Positions 13,392 through 27,600 of a stretch of DNA of 64,000 nucleotides are shown in pieces. Position 1 is the stretch's first letter; every line of letters starts with the position of its first letter. The DNA comes from the human T2T-CHM13v2.0 reference genome, Homo sapiens: the NCBI RefSeq assembly GCF_009914755.1, contig NC_060931.1. One strand, written 5' to 3'. The translations under genes and the position numbers were made by a program. The notes under the pieces are model-generated. The model made no database searches. It was not told where the DNA came from and saw nothing but the letters and a program-made list of their open reading frames with translations.

Positions 13392-14491
13392 ATATATATT
13401 TATGGGCTACATGAGATGTTTTGATATAGGCTTGTAATGTGCAATAATCACATCATGGAAAATTGGGTAACCATCTCCTTAAGCATTTATTCTTTGTGTT
13501 ACAAACCATCCAATTATACTCTTTTTGTTATTTAAAAATGTACAATTAAATTATTATTGACTATAATCACCCTGGTTTTGCTATCAAATACTATATGTTA
13601 TTCATCCTTTTTATTCTTTTGCATCCATTAACAATCCCCCCTCCCCACTCCACCCTTCCTAACCTCTGGCAACCATCCTTCTACTCTCTTTCCATGAGTT
13701 CAGTTGTTTAGATTTTTAGATCCCACAAGTGGGAACACGTGATGTTTCTTTCTGTGCCTGTTTTATTTCGCTTAACACAATGACCTCCAGTCTATCCATG
13801 TGGTTGCAAATGACAGGATCTCATTCTTTTCTATGGCTGAGTAGTACTCCATTGAGTATATGTACCACATTTTCTTTATCCATCATTGAGTATATGTACC
13901 ATATTTTCTTTATCCATTCATCTGTTGTTGAACACTTAGGCTGCTTCCAAATCTTGGCTGTTGTGAACAGTGCTGCAACAAACATGGGAATACAGATATC
14001 TCTTCAATATACTGATTTCCTTTCTTTTGAGTATATACCCAGCAGTGGAATTGCTAGATTATATAGTATCTCAATTTTTAGTTTTTTGAGGAACTTCCAA
14101 ACTGTTCTCCATAGTGGTTATACTAGTTTATATTTCCATCACAGTGTACAAGGATTCTCTTTTCTCCACATCCTTGCCAGCATTTGTTATTGCCTGTCTT
14201 TTGGATATAAGCCATTTTAACTGGGGTGAGATGATATCTCATTGTAGTTTTGATTTGTATGTCTCTGATCAGTGATGTTGTGTACCTTTTCATATGCCTG
14301 TCTGCCATTTGTATGTCTTCTTTTGAGAAATAGCTATTTATATCTTTTGTCCATTTCTAAATTTGATTATTCATTTTTTTCTATAGAATTGTTGGACCTT
14401 TATATATATTCTGGTTATTAATCCTTTGTCAGATGAGTAGTTTACAAATATTTTCTCCCATTCTGTGAGTTGTCTCTTCACTTTGTTGATT
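13392..14491 (-). mobile_element. L1MA (L1MA2-4-like) 3' portion, 5'-truncated
   Basis: Antisense L1 3'UTR and ORF2 C-terminus (ORF 14123-14308 [16 protein letters not shown]); followed by TSD actatcttttt at 14492-14502. Confidence 0.9.
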
Positions 14492-14502
14492 ACTATCTTT
14501 TT

Positions 14503-14790
14503 CATCACATTTAGATTAAGCCCAGATGTTATATCACCAGAGGCCTTTCCTGACTGTCCAATACAATGAGGTGCCTTCACTCCCCTGGTGGTTTACTTTG
14601 CACTCTCATGGTTTTAGTTATGCATTTATGTATGCAGTACTTTTTTTTGTTTGTTTGGTGTCTGCCTCCCCCAAGTAGTATACTAGCTCCAGGAGAAAAG
14701 AAACATTCTCTGATTTGGTCACTCCTTTATCCTTAGTGTATAGAACAGTGCCTAGCACACAAAAGACTCAATAAATATTTGTGCGACAAC
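14503..14790 (+). mobile_element. L2 LINE 3' end (right part)
   Basis: 'aggcctttcctgac'...'tagaacagtgcctagcacac...ctcaataaatatttg' is the canonical L2 terminus. Confidence 0.8.
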
Positions 14791-15415
14791 TGAACAGATA
14801 GTTCAACGTCCAGGGATAACTCCCACTTCCAAAAGCACTGCTGAGCACTTTCTACTGCTCAGATGATCCACTCCATGATTTCTGTTTCCTCTTCTGAGGA
14901 ACGTTCCATCAGACTTCTTGCGGGGGAGCTCCTGGTGAGGAGTGGGTCTGGCCAGTTGCTCCTTCAGGATCTGCAGTAGGACAATTGTTCCTTCAGGATC
15001 CTGGGGTAAGATTCCAGCCTGGGGACTTCCTTTCCCTAGTCTGGGTTCCTCTAAATGGTGACTGGCTTTAGGAAAGTGTTGGTATCAAAAAGATAAGATT
15101 GCAGATCAAAACAAGCTATCAATCAATTTTATTTGTCAGGAAAGCGTAGCTGAAGCATGGAGTAAAATTGGGACTTAAAACTGTGGCTGGTGGGAAGCTG
15201 TGTTGAAGAGATCAATGATATAGGGTAGCCCAGTGAGAATAGTATGGGTGAATTTTAGAGTTGAAATATGGATTTTTGAGGCCATTTATTATGGAAGCAC
15301 AGCAGGTATTTAATGTGGTTGAGCTAGGTTGGTTTAAAGAATTGTAATGCCAAAAGCTTGTCAAAGCATGAGGTTTGGGACCTGCCTCAGCCAGGTTTTT
15401 CATGTTCCTTCTACA

Positions 15416-15416
<1 letters not shown>

Positions 15417-15457
<41 letters not shown>
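15417..15457. repeat. (CA)n microsatellite
   Basis: About 20 uninterrupted CA units. Confidence 0.98.
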
Positions 15458-15459
<2 letters not shown>

Positions 15460-15539
15460 ATCAATCAGCAAATAAATTATGCTGTGTGTGTATACATCTG
15501 TACATTATGTATGTAATTATGTATACACACACCATAATT

Positions 15540-15685
15540 TCTTTGTTCATTCATCAGTTTTCAGGCTCTTCGGTTATTTTCATATTTGGCTATTGTAAAT
15601 AATGCTGCAAAGAACATGGGAGTGCAGATATCTCTTTGGGATACAATTTCATTGTCTTTGATATATGTTCAGAAGTGGGATTACA
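15540..15685 (-). mobile_element. L1M fragment
   Basis: 'ttggctattgtaaataatgctgcaaagaacatgggagtgcagatatctctt'. Confidence 0.75.
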
Positions 15686-17229
15686 TGTTTTCTCTAAAGT
15701 ATCCTCCCATTTATTTGTCCTTAGAACAATGAAGAAATGTACTGTTTTGTAATCAGATTTTCAAGAGTGAGCCTTGGACACATTTTCAGACATGTTTAAT
15801 CTTTTACACCAAACACTGCTTGTTTCTGAGAGGATATCTGTGCCTGTCATATACAGAATGTAATTGTTGAGATGATATACAGAGAAAATTGCCTTCAGAA
15901 AGTCTGTACACACACATCTGAGCTTGCTGAACTCTAACATATACACTAGAGCTCATTATTTTATGAAACAATACATAATAGATATTATTAATGATTCAAA
16001 ATAATATTTAACTTGAAGAATAAGATTGCCACATACATTGTACCATAAAGAAAAGAAAATATATGCAAAAAGCCACCACCTCTCCTAAAGCATTAGAGTA
16101 TTTGTGAGCTTTTCTCAACTCTGCCATATATAGGGAGTATAAATTCTGGTTGAATTCATTACTTGGCAAAGTGATTGTTTGCTCAAGGCAGCACTAGAGT
16201 CAAAAGTTTCCCTCAGTTTCACATCTAAAAGCATCACCCAGAAGTAACAACTCCAAAAGCTGCCTTCTCTGCACCAGGCTTTTCATTTGTGCCTCACAAT
16301 AACCATGGTAGGTGCTATTATCCTTGTTTTACAGATGGAGAAATGGACAGAAGAAGTGATTTCTTGCAAATGTGGTTGAAGCTTTACAAATTAAGTCTTA
16401 CTTTCTGAATTATGGTGGTACCTCTTACTTCAAATCAGAATCCCAGCAGGTTTTTAACTTCACCAATTTTCTCAGCAAGAAGGGAGCTAAAAAATGATGT
16501 GTCTGTAAAAGTATGAACAAGACCTGTTACCCTAGAGTTTTGCAGAAATGGAAAGATGCAAAAAAGTGATTCTTTTTTGTTCTTGACATGTTGGGAAGGT
16601 CTATAGACAATTTGGGGTGTGAAAGAAGTTAACTAAGAAGTGTGAATTTACCGTGCTGTTCTGGTCTTAGAAACATGCGTGTACTTCATTTTAACCTCTC
16701 TCTCTCTGTTTATCTCTATCTCTCTCTCTCGTATTTTATGACTTTGTTTTTCTGACTATGAATTCTTTGGTTGAAATTCTCCAGCATGACTATATCAGAA
16801 TAATATTAGTTATAAAAAAGAAAGCAAAAAAAAAAAACACTCAGAAAAAAGACTAAAATAGAATTTCCTTAATTACTGTTAATGATCTAATAGAGATTTG
16901 TATTAATTCAGATGAAAATTCTTACAGGATTTGAAAATGTCCACTGAAAAGAAAGATTATTTTTAGAATGTAGAATGTATTCACTTAAGCCTCCTGAATT
17001 ACTTAAATATTTGATGAAAATTGAAATATCTATTTTCCTTGAAGCGATAGCTCAAAAATATGTTTTAATAAATATATCTAATCATACCCTGCACAACTGA
17101 TTTCTGTAAAAAATGTTGAATACATTTGAAAACTTTCTGAAACCATCAATATTTCTTATATTTACAAGTGTAGAGGAGAAATGGATGTTGGTTTCTTCCT
17201 TGGAATCAACCTAGGACATTAAGCACATT

Positions 17230-17560
17230 CGATTCATGTATACTGAGGAGATAGGATTAACGGGTGTTGGAAATTGGAAATAAGGAGATCAAGTTTAAGA
17301 TTACATATCTTTGGTTTGAGGATCAAGTAGAGAAAAGATTGAAGGGGTGTTGCCATTAGTTTATGATGTGTTTGGTAGATGCCAAGTATTGGAGTAGGGA
17401 AGAGAACAAGCAGAACTTCTTGGGTATGAGTACTAATTGTGCCTGTTAAAGTGAGGTCCTCAATGGAAGAAATGCAAACCAAAGTGATCAAGGTCAGTGG
17501 TAACTCTTGAGTGGGCATCAGAGTTAATAGCGGAAAAGAGCATCCAACCAGAGAGTTGAA
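17230..17560 (-). mobile_element. L2 fragment
   Basis: Purine-rich antisense L2-like sequence; degenerate. Confidence 0.45.
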
Positions 17561-17710
17561 TAGTCAGAATGATCTGAAGGTAAACTCAGTCTCTCAGCAC
17601 GATTTTAACCTAGGCAGTAGGCTAAGGATAGAAGTTGGAACCTAGAGTATGAACTTATGAGTGTAGCTCCTCTGAATACATTTCTTAGTTGAGGTTTGGA
17701 TGAATCCTGC

Positions 17711-18078
17711 TGTATTAGTTCATTTTCATACCACTATAAAGAACTGCTTGAGACTGGATAATTTATAATGAAAAGAAGTTTAATTGACTCACAGTTCCAC
17801 ATGGCTGGGGTAGTTTCAGGAAACTTACAATCATGGTGGAAGGTGAAGAGTAAGCAAGGCATGTCTTACATGGAGGCAGGAGAGTGAGAATGAGAGAGAG
17901 AGGAACTGCACCACACACAAACAGTCAGATCTTGTGAGAACTCACGCACTATCACGAGAATAGCATGGGAGAAACCACCTTCACGATACAATTACCTCCC
18001 ACCAGGTTCCTCCCTTGACATGTGGGGATTACTATTCGAGATAAGATTTGGATAGAGACACAGAGCCAAATTGTGTTA
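17711..18078 (-). mobile_element. THE1D-like MaLR solo LTR
   Basis: 'tgtattagttcattttc...aggaaacttacaatcatgg...gacacagagccaaa'; TSD cctgc/catgc. Confidence 0.88.
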
Positions 18079-18323
18079 CATGCTAAACTTCCAGAGATGC
18101 TGTGAGTTGTAACTATGCTTGAATATAAAATGACAAAAAGTCAAGTGTCACCTACAAGTTAATTCTAATACAACATTAAGTGTATATGATGTCTAAATCT
18201 CTGTTTTCACTTAAAAAAAATGAACCAAGGCTTCAATTCCACCCAGTAGATGAGCTAAAATAACTAATTTACTTTTAAATTTCAGTGATTAGAAATTATA
18301 TTTCCATCCTTTTTATATTTCAG

Positions 18324-18349
18324 AAGCAATACTCATAGATGCTATCTAG
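18324..18349 (+). other. Candidate 26-nt micro-exon
   Basis: tttccatcctttttatatttcag | AAGCAATACTCATAGATGCTATCTAG | gtaagt; only one open frame (SNTHRCYL, ends in phase 1). Confidence 0.4.
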
Positions 18350-18778
18350 GTAAGTTATGATATTTTTTTCTTATTTGAATTTTTCAAAATCAAAGTATTG
18401 ACTTCATCTTTTAACAGTAACTTTTTTTTTTGAAATGAAAAAGAGATTAATCATGAAATAGCATAAATAACTGTGATTCCGAAGCCAATCTGATCTGGAG
18501 TGTTGGGATAGCACTACAGTGAGAAGAATTCCTTTACAAATAATAGTTGGAAGAAGGAAAGAAGGGAGCCCTACTCACTATCCAACTGACTTTCTAAGAG
18601 GAAGCAAAGGCAAATAAATAAGCTCTTGTTGAGTTAAATAATATATATATGTGTGTATGTGTAATACTTGTATATATATATTCACACATAACATTCAAAT
18701 GTCCAAATAATAATTGATAATGATTGTTTTATGCTCAAAATTTTGATAGAGAAAGAAGAAGGTATAAACAAATGAATA

Positions 18779-18995
18779 CAGGTTGAATATCTCCAATCTG
18801 AAAATTCAAAATTCAAAATGCTCCAAAATCCAACCTTTCTGAGTGCTGACATGACACTCAAAGGAAATGGTCATTGGAGCATTTTGAACTGTAGATTTTC
18901 AGATTTGGACTGCTCAAGCAGTAAATATAATAAAGAAATCCAAAGTCCAAAAGATTTCTGGCCCCAAGCATTTTGGATAAAGGATACTCAACCTG
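18779..18995. mobile_element. Tigger4a/MER46-type TcMar MITE
   Basis: TIRs caggttgaatatc / gatactcaacctg with TA on the left. Confidence 0.85.
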
Positions 18996-19928
18996 TGCAC
19001 AGTACATCATGTTTATTGTCCTTACCAGATCTGTACAAACTGACTTCTCATTACTGCTGAATATGTCCCCTCGGCTTCAATTCTCTGCCTTCTCATTCCC
19101 AATCCTCTCTTAGAGGTAGCAAAAACTCAGAATCTAAGTTTTCTTCAGATATCTGAGACTTAGAAAAATAAAATCAAAATATAATGATTAGAGATATTAT
19201 ATTTCCAGGTCCAAATCTGGAAGAATAAATCAAGCTTAATTGTAATATAATCTATGGCATTAACATTGGTAAAGGAAGGAGATACCAATGGAAGCAGGCA
19301 GTAGCATGAAAGCAGAGACAAACGAGGAGTAAGGGCACCATCTTAGAGAAAAATTGCTCTGAAATTGCTTGAGTATCTGGTCCATAAATCAGGAATGTGT
19401 ATGTAGTGGAGGTGGAAGCCTCCTGCTCTCCATACTTGCTGTATTAGGTACTGAAACCATACAATTAGTTGCCCTTGTTCTGATTCTTTACACTACCTTC
19501 TGATTATAATTTGGCTTCCCATATAGCTTTGCCCCAGTGTCAGTATGACATACAATCCACTGGACTGTTAGGTCAGTTATTACAAAGGCATGCTTTGGCA
19601 TTCTGACTCATACCTTAATACTTTGTGAGTCCAATTATTGAGAAAATTTCTGAGAGGCTGATCATCTGTTAATTGATATTCTCAATGTGTATACTGAAGT
19701 CTGTGCTCTGAGCTGTTGGGCCCTCACTAAGTAAATGCCATTATAGAATGCTCTGGTTGAGATACAGGGTGGCTTGAGCTTTTGCCAACAGTATTTCCTT
19801 CTCAGCTCATCCCTCCTTTGAATGACGGTGCCTGATTTTACATTACCCATTCTCTTTTCTTGATGCACTTTCTTCTACTCATTCCAGTCCTGTCTGAGAG
19901 ACAGTTTCACAGCTTGTATCAGTTAGAG

Positions 19929-20079
19929 CAGTGGTTCTCAACTTTGGCTGCATATTACAATTATCTGGGGAGTTAAGATAGTTCCAATGCCAAGCCCACA
20001 ACTAAGACCAAATAAATCAGAACCTAAATAAATAGAACCCAAGGTAATTCTGATGTGTAGCCAAGATTGAGAATCACTG
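19929..20079. mobile_element. MER5A1-like hAT MITE
   Basis: TIRs cagtggttctcaa / ttgagaatcactg. Confidence 0.85.
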
Positions 20080-20646
20080 CTTTAAAAATTCTCTGTTAAT
20101 TTATCCAGCTCACCTGAATTGTCTCTTTGCCAAATTCCTTTTGCATTCAATCTATTTTCACGTCTTTGTATTTTCTGTCTTTCTAAATTGAAAGTATACT
20201 CCATGTGCTTATGGGGGTATTTTGTCAATGAGTTTTTAAATATAATTTATTAAATTACCTCTGATATACATAAATATTTTAGATAAATAGTAGTTTACCA
20301 GTTTACCATACTTGTAAGGAGCCATTCTTCTCCTAGATTGCTTAAACATATTTCAACATTGGTAGGATATAATCCATATTGTTTACGATTTGGTAATCCT
20401 AATCTGTTATTTTTGGTAGAAGGTGTATTGGAGAATGTGGACCTATGTGTGTGTATGTTCATGAGTATGTGTGTGTGTGTGCATAAATATATACATAATT
20501 TGAATTTGCTGAAATTCCAAAGCAGCATATTAAATAGTAGAGAGAAAGTTGATTTAATTAACTCATGTTATTGGTAGCCATTTTTCATGAATTTATTTTT
20601 TCACTCAGGATGATCAGAGGCTTATGCTTTTATTAAAATTTATTAA

Positions 20647-20970
<324 letters not shown>

Positions 20971-21528
20971 AATGTGTATCTTTTAATTGCTAGAGTGATA
21001 TCCTAGGTTAGCTAGGCTGGTGATTTTACTATATGATAGTAAGTTCTTATATCCCAAAATTGAAAGCCAAGATTATGACACTCTGAGTTCATAAGTGGAC
21101 AAAATGAGACTGTAGCCTTTTAGTGAAAATAATTGTCTGCAGAATTTCAGCTGAGCTTAAATGAATTCAAATGATGACTTGGACCATAGGATTCCTGGTG
21201 TAAGAGAAAAAGTTTAACAAACCTTTGTTGAATCGTTTCTCACTTTTAATTTTTGCTCTGCATACAGAATTAAGCTTTTAGGGATATGACTGCAGAGATA
21301 TTAAAAAAGCCTAATGAATAACCAAGGTGTTGAATGAGAAAATACAGCTCAACATAGTGTTTTCTTTCCCCCTTTCTTTTCCTTTATTTCCCCCTCCTTC
21401 ACCATGATTCATGGTGAGTCATAGTTGTTTGGAAAACTACAGGATTAACTATTTATAGTTTGCATTATAGAGGCTGGATATATTTATCACTTTTCTGGGA
21501 TGGAAGCCCTAATAAAATAATGAGTTAA

Positions 21529-21824
<296 letters not shown>

Positions 21825-23159
21825 AATCAGTTAAGACTTCTGAAAATTAGTTGGACTGGAAGATTATATTTATTCCTTCTAAAATTTTGTCAGGGGAGCT
21901 GGTACTGCCTCTATTTCAAATGTCTACTGTGAGCTACTTAGTTGCTGTAAAATAATATCAGAGCGTGTTTTTAAGGAAAACATCCTTTCAGAATGCAAGA
22001 GTTAAAAACTTTCAATTATTACATGTTACTGTGACAAATCCCTTTCACCTTTAGATATTTTGTAATGCTTCTGACTCACTAAAAAGTAGCTAAGCCGAGG
22101 CTTATCTCAGAAAGGACTCCATGTTACTCCTGAAAGAAGTAATTACATGTGAAACGCTTTTAAACTTAACAATTATGAATATTATCATTAGATGTCAGGC
22201 AGTACCTAGAACATCTGGATTCCTTTTATGATGGAATCTGTCATTTCATGCTAGAACTCAGAGCGTACCTTTTCTTAAAATCAGCTCGACTTAGGAGTCA
22301 CTTCTTTGGCTCATTCCAAGAGAGGGCACCTTGAGGAACATTTTGTTCTTTCCCATTTGTATACCTCATGCAACAGCACTTTTGTTGATTAATTTAACAA
22401 ATGGGAGTTAAAGAAGGATTATTAAAACAGCTAGCAAAAGTGCAGCCTCAGAAATTCTGGAAACCTACAGAAATGACTTTTAAATGCATTCTTTAATAAT
22501 TTATATTCGACATTTTAGATTCTGAGCTGCTGAATGAGAAGGGAATTGGAATAGAGATAGTGTGTTGCCTAAGATTTTACTTAGCTAGGTAAAATAGATA
22601 ATTAGAGTCAATTTGGGGGTTTTTATAGCAATGGGGGCCTGTAGGCGGGAGAGACATTGTATACTAATAGAAATTGCACTGTTATCCTGTTTAGGTGTTG
22701 AGGTCCTTTGATTTAAAGATACAAGTGTTTTTAAAATTATATTATTAGTCAAGATTATTTTTGTTGCAAGAAACAGACCCTTCTCAATTGTGTGGACCAT
22801 AAGATAACTCTCTTCTAAGATTAGGAGTCAAAAGAGGTCTGGGTTTCACAGGTGTGGTGGTTCTGGATTCAAGGCCACCCTTGAATCTTAGTATCAGGAG
22901 CTCATGCATCTTTCCTCTTGTGTTGAACCATTCCTGAGACTCAGCTGCACCACAAATGCCTGCATCTTTCTGTCTCCTGCTCCAACCAACTGTGGGGCAG
23001 AGAGAACCAGTGGCCTACCATCCACACAGCAAGGGCTGTGGATAAAAGATGACTCCTTGGTAGTCTGGCTCAGATATTATCCCCAAAGACATTGTTACCA
23101 CAAGTATTACTGGGAACCAAGGAGGAATGAATCTGGAGAGCTTCTATTGTCTTAGGAGG

Positions 23160-23900
23160 AGAAGATGTTATATTCAGGTTTGCTTGTATTAAACAGAGAT
23201 AACTAGATATTCAGGTGAATATATCTAGAAGACATTTGGTTAATTGCATCTGAAGGTCAGGGCAGAGGGCAGGGCTGTGGAACTTGCTTTGTTTGCCATT
23301 AGCACATAGGTGAGAGTTCAAATCATTAGCTCAAATGATATAACCTGAGAAAAATACATACAGAGAAGAGCAATGTGCAGAAAAAGTGAGGAGAAAATAA
23401 AACCCTGTAGAACACCAGCATTCAAGAGACAGGCGGAGGAGAAGCAAAAATAGTCATGCAGTAGAGATAGCAGTAGAACAGTCAGAGTAGAGGTAAACCC
23501 AGGAGAGAATAATCCCATGGAAACCAATGATATACAATTTTAGAAAGAAGTGAGCCTCTAGCATTCCCAAGTAGAACAGAGGGGACCAACACTGTAAGAA
23601 CAGACAATGAGCAGATTTGACATATGAAGATAGGTGGTGCCATTTGCAGAGCAATTTTTAGAGTTGAAGCAAGTGTGTGGTGGGTAGGTGGGAGGTGAAA
23701 ACCAGCTTTTCATGGTTGGTGGAGAGTGGAAAATGGGAAGTGAGGATGTAGAATTAACTAGAGTAGAATATTCTTCCAAAGCAGCTGAACAAAGAAGGAA
23801 GTTAAGCACAGAGTTAAAGATAGGGCCTGGGCCAATGAAAGGGATATTCTTTCAGGATAGAAGAAATTTAAGTATATTTAATAGCTCAGGGTAAAAGACT
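23160..23900 (-). mobile_element. L2 LINE fragment
   Basis: Antisense L2 motifs such as 'aaccctgtagaacaccagcattcaagagacagg' and 'agatttgacatatgaagataggtggtg'. Confidence 0.65.
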
Positions 23901-24630
23901 GGAGGGTACAAGAAGACCAAAGGATTAAAAGTTATGGTATAAACAAAGCCAAGGGAAAGATGATGTGGAGGAAGATTCCACATTGATAGGTAGCTGCTGG
24001 CCTATTACAGTTAAACTGTGCTGGCTGCCAGAAGTAACTATGAAGTATCTATGTATGTAAGGTATAATGTTTAATTAATTTTTAAATTAATGTATTAAAC
24101 CATTGACATATGTACTCAAGTCTTTCTGTCTCTGATCTCTTATTACAGGTGATATAATATATAGGCGATATATTCCTTTTCTTTTTCTTGGCTATTATGG
24201 TGTTTAGAAATAGCAGAAACAACTAAAATCCTTGAAAAATTCATTATAAACTATTTTTAACCTTTTAACCATTTTGATCTATTAATGACGTGCAAAACAT
24301 AGTGTCATTGACTGATGTATGTTTTATTCTCCTTTCCTTTCCTTTCCTTTCCTACTTACTCCCATGAAAAATAATAGTTAGAAAAAAAAATTAACCAACA
24401 CCACTCATATCTTCTAATGCCAATCAAGTGATGGAAGTGGCTTACTCAATGGGAAAATTAAAGTAAATTTTTATGATTAGGAGCTTTGTGCCATTTCAAC
24501 AGTTGTAACTACTTCCTTATGGTACTGGTGATTCTAGACTTGCCTTTCAGATGCTAATGGAGCTTAGTCATACCAGGTCAGCAGGGCCAGAAATCAGAGA
24601 TGGGGACTCAGAAAGACATAACATGGAACA

Positions 24631-27600
24631 TTTTAATTTTACTTAAAAAATTTTTAATTCTTTTAGGTACACAATGTTACATATTTGTGTATGTGAGATG
24701 TTTTGATACTGGCATGTAATGTGAAATAAGCACATCATGGAGAATAGGGATTCATCCCTTCAAGCATTTATACTTTGAGTTACCAATAATTGAATTATAC
24801 TCTTTAAGCTATTTTAAAATGTACAGTTAGTATTGACTATATTCATCCTGTTGTGCTATTAAATACTAGATCTTATTCATTCTTTCTATTTTTTATACTC
24901 ATTAACCAACCCCACCTGCTCCCCAGCCCTCTACTACTCTTCCCAGCCTCTGATAACCATCTTTCTACTCTTTATGTCCGTTAAGTTCAATTGTTTTGAT
25001 TTTTAGATCCTTCAAATAAGTGAGAAGATGTGATGTTTGTCTTTCTGTGCCTGGCTTATTTCACTTAACGTAATGATCTCCAGTCCATCCATGCTGTTGC
25101 AAATGATTGGATCTTATTCTTTTTTATGGCTGAATAGTACTCCATTGTGTATATGTACCACATTTTCATCATCCATTTATCTGCTGGTGGACACTTAGGT
25201 TGTTTCTAAATCTTAGCTATTGTAAACAGTGCTGCAACAAATATAAGAGGGCAGATATCACTTCAATATACTGATTTCTTTTGGGTGTATACCCAGCAGT
25301 GGCATTGTTGGATGATATGGTAGCTCAATTTTTAGATTTTTGAGGAACCTCCAGACTGTTCTCCATAGTGGTTGTACTAATTTACATTCACACCAACAAT
25401 GTAGAAGTGTTCCCTTTTCTCCACATCATCACCAGCATTTGTTACTGCCTGTCTTTTGGATATAAGCCATTTTAACTGGGGTGAGATGATATCTCATTGT
25501 AGTTTTGATTTGCCTGTCTCTGATGATCAATGATGTTTGGCACCTTTTCATATGCCTGTTTGCCATTTCTATGTCTTCTTTTGAGAAATGTCTATTCAAA
25601 TCATTTGCCCATCTTTTGATTGGATTGATTTTTTCCTATAGAGTTGTTTGAATTCCTTACATATTCTGATTAATAATCCCTTGTCAGGTGGATAGTTCAC
25701 AAATATTTTCTAATTTTTCATTTTGCAAGTATTCTGTGCATTCTCTCCTCACTTTTTTGATTGTATCCTTTGCTGTGCAAAAGCTTTTTAACTTAATGTG
25801 ATCCCATTTGTCCATTTCTGCTTTGGTTGCCTGTGCTTGTGGGGTATTGCTCAAGAAATTTTGCCCAGGCCTATGTCCTGGAGATTTTCCTCAATGTTTT
25901 CTTGTAGTAGTTTCATAGTTTTAGGTCTTAAATTTAAGTCTTTAATCCATTTCGATTTGATTTTTGTATATGGTGAGAGATAGCAGTCTAGTTTCATTCT
26001 TCTGCATATGGATTTCCAGTTTTCCCAGCACCATTTATTGAAGAAACTGTTTTTTCCCAGTGTTTGTTCTTGGCATCTTTGTAAAAAACGAGTTCACTGT
26101 AGATGTGTGGACATGTTTCTGGGTTCTGTATTCTGTTCTATTGGTCTATGTGTCTGTTTTTATGCCAGTACCATGCTGTTTTTGTTATTATAGCACTGTA
26201 GTATAATTCGAAGTTAGATAGTGTGATTCTTTCAGTTTTGTTCTTTTTGCTTAGAATAACTTTGGCTATTCTGGGTCTTTTGTGGTTCCATATAAATTTT
26301 AGATTTTTTTTTAATTTCTGTGAAAAACATCATCAGTATTTTGAGAGGCATTGCACTGAATCTGTGGATTTTTTGGTAGTATGGACATTTTAACAACTCT
26401 GGCTATAACTTCCAGTACTATGTTGAATAACGGTAGTGACAATGGGCATCCTTGTCCTCTTTCAGATCTTATAGGAAAGACTTATCAGTTTTTCCCCATC
26501 AGTATGATACTAGCTGTGGGTCTGTCATATATGGCTTTTATTATATGGAGGTATGTTTCTGCCATCTCCAGCTTTTTAAGGGTTTTTTTAAATCATGAAG
26601 GGATGTTTAATTTTATCAAATTATTTTTCAACATCAATTGAAATGATCATATGGTTTTTGTCCTTCATTCTGTTGATATGATGCATCACAATGATTGATT
26701 TGCATATGGTGAACTATCCTTGCATCCCAGGAATAAATCCCACTTGGTCATGATGAATGATTTTTCTAATGTATTGTTGAATTTGGTTTGCTAGTATTTT
26801 GTTGAGGATTTTTGCATCAATATTCATCAGAGTTATTGGCCTGTAGTTTTTTTTTTTGATATGTCTTTGGTTTTGATATCAGGGTAATATTGGTCTCATA
26901 GAATTAGTTTGGGAGTCTTCCCTCCTCTTCTTTTTTTTTGGAGTAGTTTGAGTAGAATTAGTATTAGTTCTTTAAATGTGTGGTCGAATTCTGCAGTGAA
27001 GCCATCAGGTCCCGGGTTTTCTTTACTGGAAGATTTTTTATTATGGCTTTAATCTGGTTATTTTTTGTTGGACTGTTCAGGTTTTGGATTTCTTCAATCT
27101 TGGTAGGTTGTATGTAACTAGGAATTTGTACATTTCCTCTAGATTTTGCAATTTATTGGCACATAGTTGCTCATAGTAGCCATTAATAATCTTCTGAATT
27201 TCTGCAGTATTAGTTGTAACATCTCATTTTCATCTCTGATTTTATTTATTTGGATCTTCCCTCATTTTTTTCTTAGTCTGGCTAAAGGTTTGTCAATTTT
27301 TTCTAACTTTTCAAAAAGTCAATCATTTGGTTCATTGATCTTTTGTATTTTTTTTTACTTCAATTTCATTTCTGCTATGATTATTATTTCTTCTACTAAT
27401 TTTGGGTTTGGTTTGCTCTTGTTTTCCTAGTTCTTTAAGATGCATCATTAGATTGTTTATTTGAAGTTTTTCCTCTTTTCTGATGTAGGCATTTATAGCT
27501 ATAAACTTCCTTCTGAGTACTGCTTTTGTTGTATCTCATAGGTTTTGGTATATTGTGTTTCCATTATCATTTGTTTAAAAAAATTTTCAGTTCCCTTCTT

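Noticed and set aside
14997-15005. 9-nt exon candidate gatcctggg|gtaaga
   Set aside because: Short pyrimidine tract and lies within a local imperfect direct repeat (ttg(c/t)tccttcaggatc); likely chance.
17980-17998. DUX4 site in the THE1D LTR
   Set aside because: The position reads cgatacaatta rather than tgattcaatta, so the motif is degraded.
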